Assembly: GCA_043228905.1 (NCBI GenBank)
Contig: JBHGNT010001184.1
Span: forward strand, 1-11,154
DNA: 11,154 nt
DNA from: Azolla caroliniana
Lineage: Eukaryota; Plantae; Polypodiophyta
Direction of reading: 5' to 3'
Within the stretch, counting starts at the first letter, position 1. Each line of letters opens with the position of its first letter. The translations under genes and the position numbers were made by a program. Shown here in pieces: positions 8,367-11,154 of the stretch. Under the pieces are notes generated by a model, which was given only the letters and a program-made list of their open reading frames with translations, did not search any database and had not been told where the DNA came from.

Positions 8367-11154
8367 AGAAGAGCCCGTGAGTAAATTAAAATGGTCATAC
8401 CTGGCTCCTGTGATATCGGATTTTTGTGTTCAAACATCCGAATCGAAGCTAACAACGCTAGCTATGCTACACAATTAAAAAATCAAGAGTTTGAAACTCA
8501 GGTCGAGAGACATGAAGAAATTTGCAAAATTGAGGAGGGACTTGAGAAGAGCCCGTGAGTAAATTAAAATGGTCATACCTGGCTCCTGTGATATCGGATT
8601 TTTGTGTTCAAACATGCGAATCGAAGCTAATAACGCTAGCTGTGATATGGAATTAAAAAATCAAGATTTTGAAACTCAGGTCGAGAGACATGAAGAAATT
8701 AGCAAAATTGAGGAGGGACTTGAGAAGAGCCCGTGAGTAAATTAAAATGGTCATACCTGGCTCCTGTAATATCGGATTTTTGTGTTCAAACATGCGAATC
8801 GAAGCTAACAACGCTAGCTATGCTACACAATTAAAAAATCAAGATTTTGAAACTCAGGTCGAGAGACATGAAGAAATTAGCAAAATTAAAGAGGGACTTG
8901 AGAAGAGCCCGTGAGTAAATTATAATGGTCATACCTGGCTCCTGTGATATCGGATTTTTGTGTTCAAACATGCGAATCGAAGATAACAACGCTAGCTATG
9001 ATATGGAATTAAAAAATCTAGATTTTGAAACTCAGGTCGAGAGACATGACGAAATTAGCAAAATTGAGGAGGGACTTGAGAAGAGCCCGTGAGTAAATTA
9101 AAATGGTCATACCTGGCTCCTGTGATATCGGATTTTGGTGTTCAAACATCCGAATCGAAGCTAACAACGCTAGCTATGCTACACAATTAAAAAATCAAGA
9201 GTTTGAAACTCAGGTCGAGAGACATGAAGAAATTTGCAAAATTGAGAAGGGACTTGAGAAGAGCCCGTGAGTAAATTAAAATGGTCATACCTGGCTCCTG
9301 TGATATCGGATTTTTGTGTTCAAACATCCGAATCGAAGCTAACAACGCTAGCTATGCTACACAATTAAAAAATCAAGATTTTGAAACTCAGATCGAGAGA
9401 CATGACGAAATTAGCAAAATTGAGGAGGGACTTGAGAAGAGCCCGTGAGTAAATTAAAATGGTCATACCTGGCTCCTGTGATATCGGATTTATGTGTTCA
9501 AACATGCGAATCGAAGCTAACAACGCTAGCTATGCTACACAATTAAAAAATCAAGATTTCGAAACTCAGGTCGAGAGACATGACGAAATTAGCAAAATTG
9601 AGGAGGGACTTGAGAAGAGCCCGTGAGTAAATTAAAATGGTCATACCTGGCTCCTGTGATATCGGATTTTTGTGTTCAAACATGCGAATCGAAGCTAACA
9701 ACGCTAGCTATGATATGGAATTAAAAAATCAAGATTTTGAAACTCAGGTCGAGAGACATGACGAAATTAGCAAAATTGAGGAGGGACTTGAGAAGAGCCC
9801 GTGAGTAAATTAAAATGGTCATACCTGGCTCCTGTGATATCGGATTTTTGTGTTCAAACATGCGAATCGAAGCTAACAACGCTAGCTATGATATGGAATT
9901 AAAAAATCCAGATTTTGAAACTCAGGTCGAGAGACATGATGAAATTAGCAAAATTGAGGAGGGACTTGAGAAGAGCCCGTGAGTAAATTCAAATGGTCAT
10001 ACCTGGCTCCTCTGATATAGGATTTTTGTGTTCAAACATGCGAATCGAACCTAATAACGCTAGCTGTGATATGGAATTAAAAAATCAAGATTTTGAAACT
10101 CAGGTCGAGAGACATGAAGAAATTAGCAAAATTGAGGAGGGACTTGAGAAGAGCTCGTGAGTAAATTAAAATGGTCATACCTGGCTCCTGTGATATCGGA
10201 TTTTTGTGTTCAAACATGCGAATCGAAGCTAACAACGCTAGCTATGCTACACAATTAAAAAATCAAGATTTTGAAACTCAGGTCGAGAGACATGAAGAAA
10301 TTAGCAAAATTAAGGAGGGACTTGAGAAGAGCCCGTGAGTAAATTAAAATGGTCATACCTGGCTCCTGTGATATCGGATTTTTGTGTTCAAACATGCGAA
10401 TCGAAGCTAACAACGCTAGCTATGATATGGAATTAAAAAATCAAGATTTTGAAACTCAGGTAGAGAGACATGAAGAAATTAACAAAATTGAGAAGGGACT
10501 TGAGAAGAGCCCGTGAGTAAATTAAAATGGTCATACCTGGCTCCTGTGATATCGGATTTTTGTGTTCAAACATGCGAATCGAAGCTAACAACGCTAGCTA
10601 TGATATGGAATTAGAAAATCAAGATTTTGAAACTCAGGTCGAGAGACATGACGAAATTAGCAAAATTGAGGAGGGACTTGAGAAGAGCCCGTGAGTAAAT
10701 TAAAATGGTCATACCTGGCTCCTGTGATATCGGATTTTTGTGTTCAAACATGCGAATCGAAGCTAACAACGCTAGCTATGATATGGAATTAAAAAATCCA
10801 GATTTTGAAACTCAGGTCGAGAGACATGAAGAAATTAGCAAAATTGAGGAGGGACTTGAGAAGAGCCCGTGAGTAAATTAAAATGGTCATACCTGGCTCC
10901 TGTGATATCGGATTTTTGTGTTCAAGTGTGCGAATCGAAGCTAACAACGCTAGCTATGATATGGAATTAAAAAATCAAGATTTTGAAACTCAGGTAGAGA
11001 GACATGAAGAAATTAGCAAAATTGAGAAGGGACTTAAGAAGAGCCCGTGTGTAAATTAAAATGGTCATACCTGGCTCCTGTGATATCGGATTTTTGTGTT
11101 CAGACATGCGAATCGAAGCTAACAACGCTAGCTATGCTACACAATTAAAAAATC

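Larger units (their letters stand above)
1..11154. repeat. Tandem satellite DNA array, 178-bp monomer, ~62.7 copies, probably centromeric/heterochromatic; runs off both window ends
   Basis: AGAAGAGCCCGTGAGTAAATTAAAATGG (with minor variants) recurs at 1, 179, 357 ... 5341 (30x178+1) ... 10681 (60x178+1), 11037. Consensus: AGAAGAGCCCGTGAGTAAATTAAAATGGTCATACCTGGCTCCTGTGATATCGGATTTTTGTGTTCAAACATGCGAATCGAAGCTAACAACGCTAGCTATG[CTACAC/ATATGG]AATTAAAAAATCAAGATTTTGAAACTCAGGTCGAGAGACATGAAGAAATTAGCAAAATTGAGGAGGGACTTG. Copies differ only by a few substitutions. The centromeric label is inferred from monomer size and organisation only. Confidence 0.99.

Noticed and set aside
1-11154. CRISPR array
   Set aside because: There are no unique spacers; the entire 178-bp unit is repeated, and no cas genes are present.
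1-11154. Arabidopsis CEN178 or primate alpha satellite
   Set aside because: Similar length only. The sequence does not resemble those consensuses as I recall them, and no CENP-B box (TTCG....A..CGGG) is present on either strand.
1-11154. Single long unspliced repeat-protein CDS
   Set aside because: 178 is not a multiple of 3, so any long frame cycles through all three phases and meets stop codons such as TGA 12-14 and TAA 16-18 of each unit.

Overview
The whole window is one uninterrupted head-to-tail tandem satellite array: 62 complete copies and one partial copy (118 bp) of a 178-bp monomer, about 39% GC and purine-rich on the + strand. Monomer n starts at 1+178(n-1), and I saw no indels. 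Monomer size and organisation are typical of eukaryotic centromeric or heterochromatic satellite DNA, but I do not recognise the family; it is not Arabidopsis CEN178 or primate alpha satellite. Diagnostic SNPs show layered structure: a young 4-monomer (712-bp) higher-order repeat, a 10-monomer block duplication, smaller dispersed duplications and mosaic monomers. The monomer contains three quasi-palindromes that recurrent variants improve, an internal direct repeat, a 55-codon ORF covering almost the whole unit, and a GTGAGT...GCTAAC...TAG intron-like signal set that would leave an in-frame 93-nt exon. The coding and splicing readings are speculative. No conventional gene, RNA gene, transposon or CRISPR array is supported. 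All variant calls and counts were made by eye.
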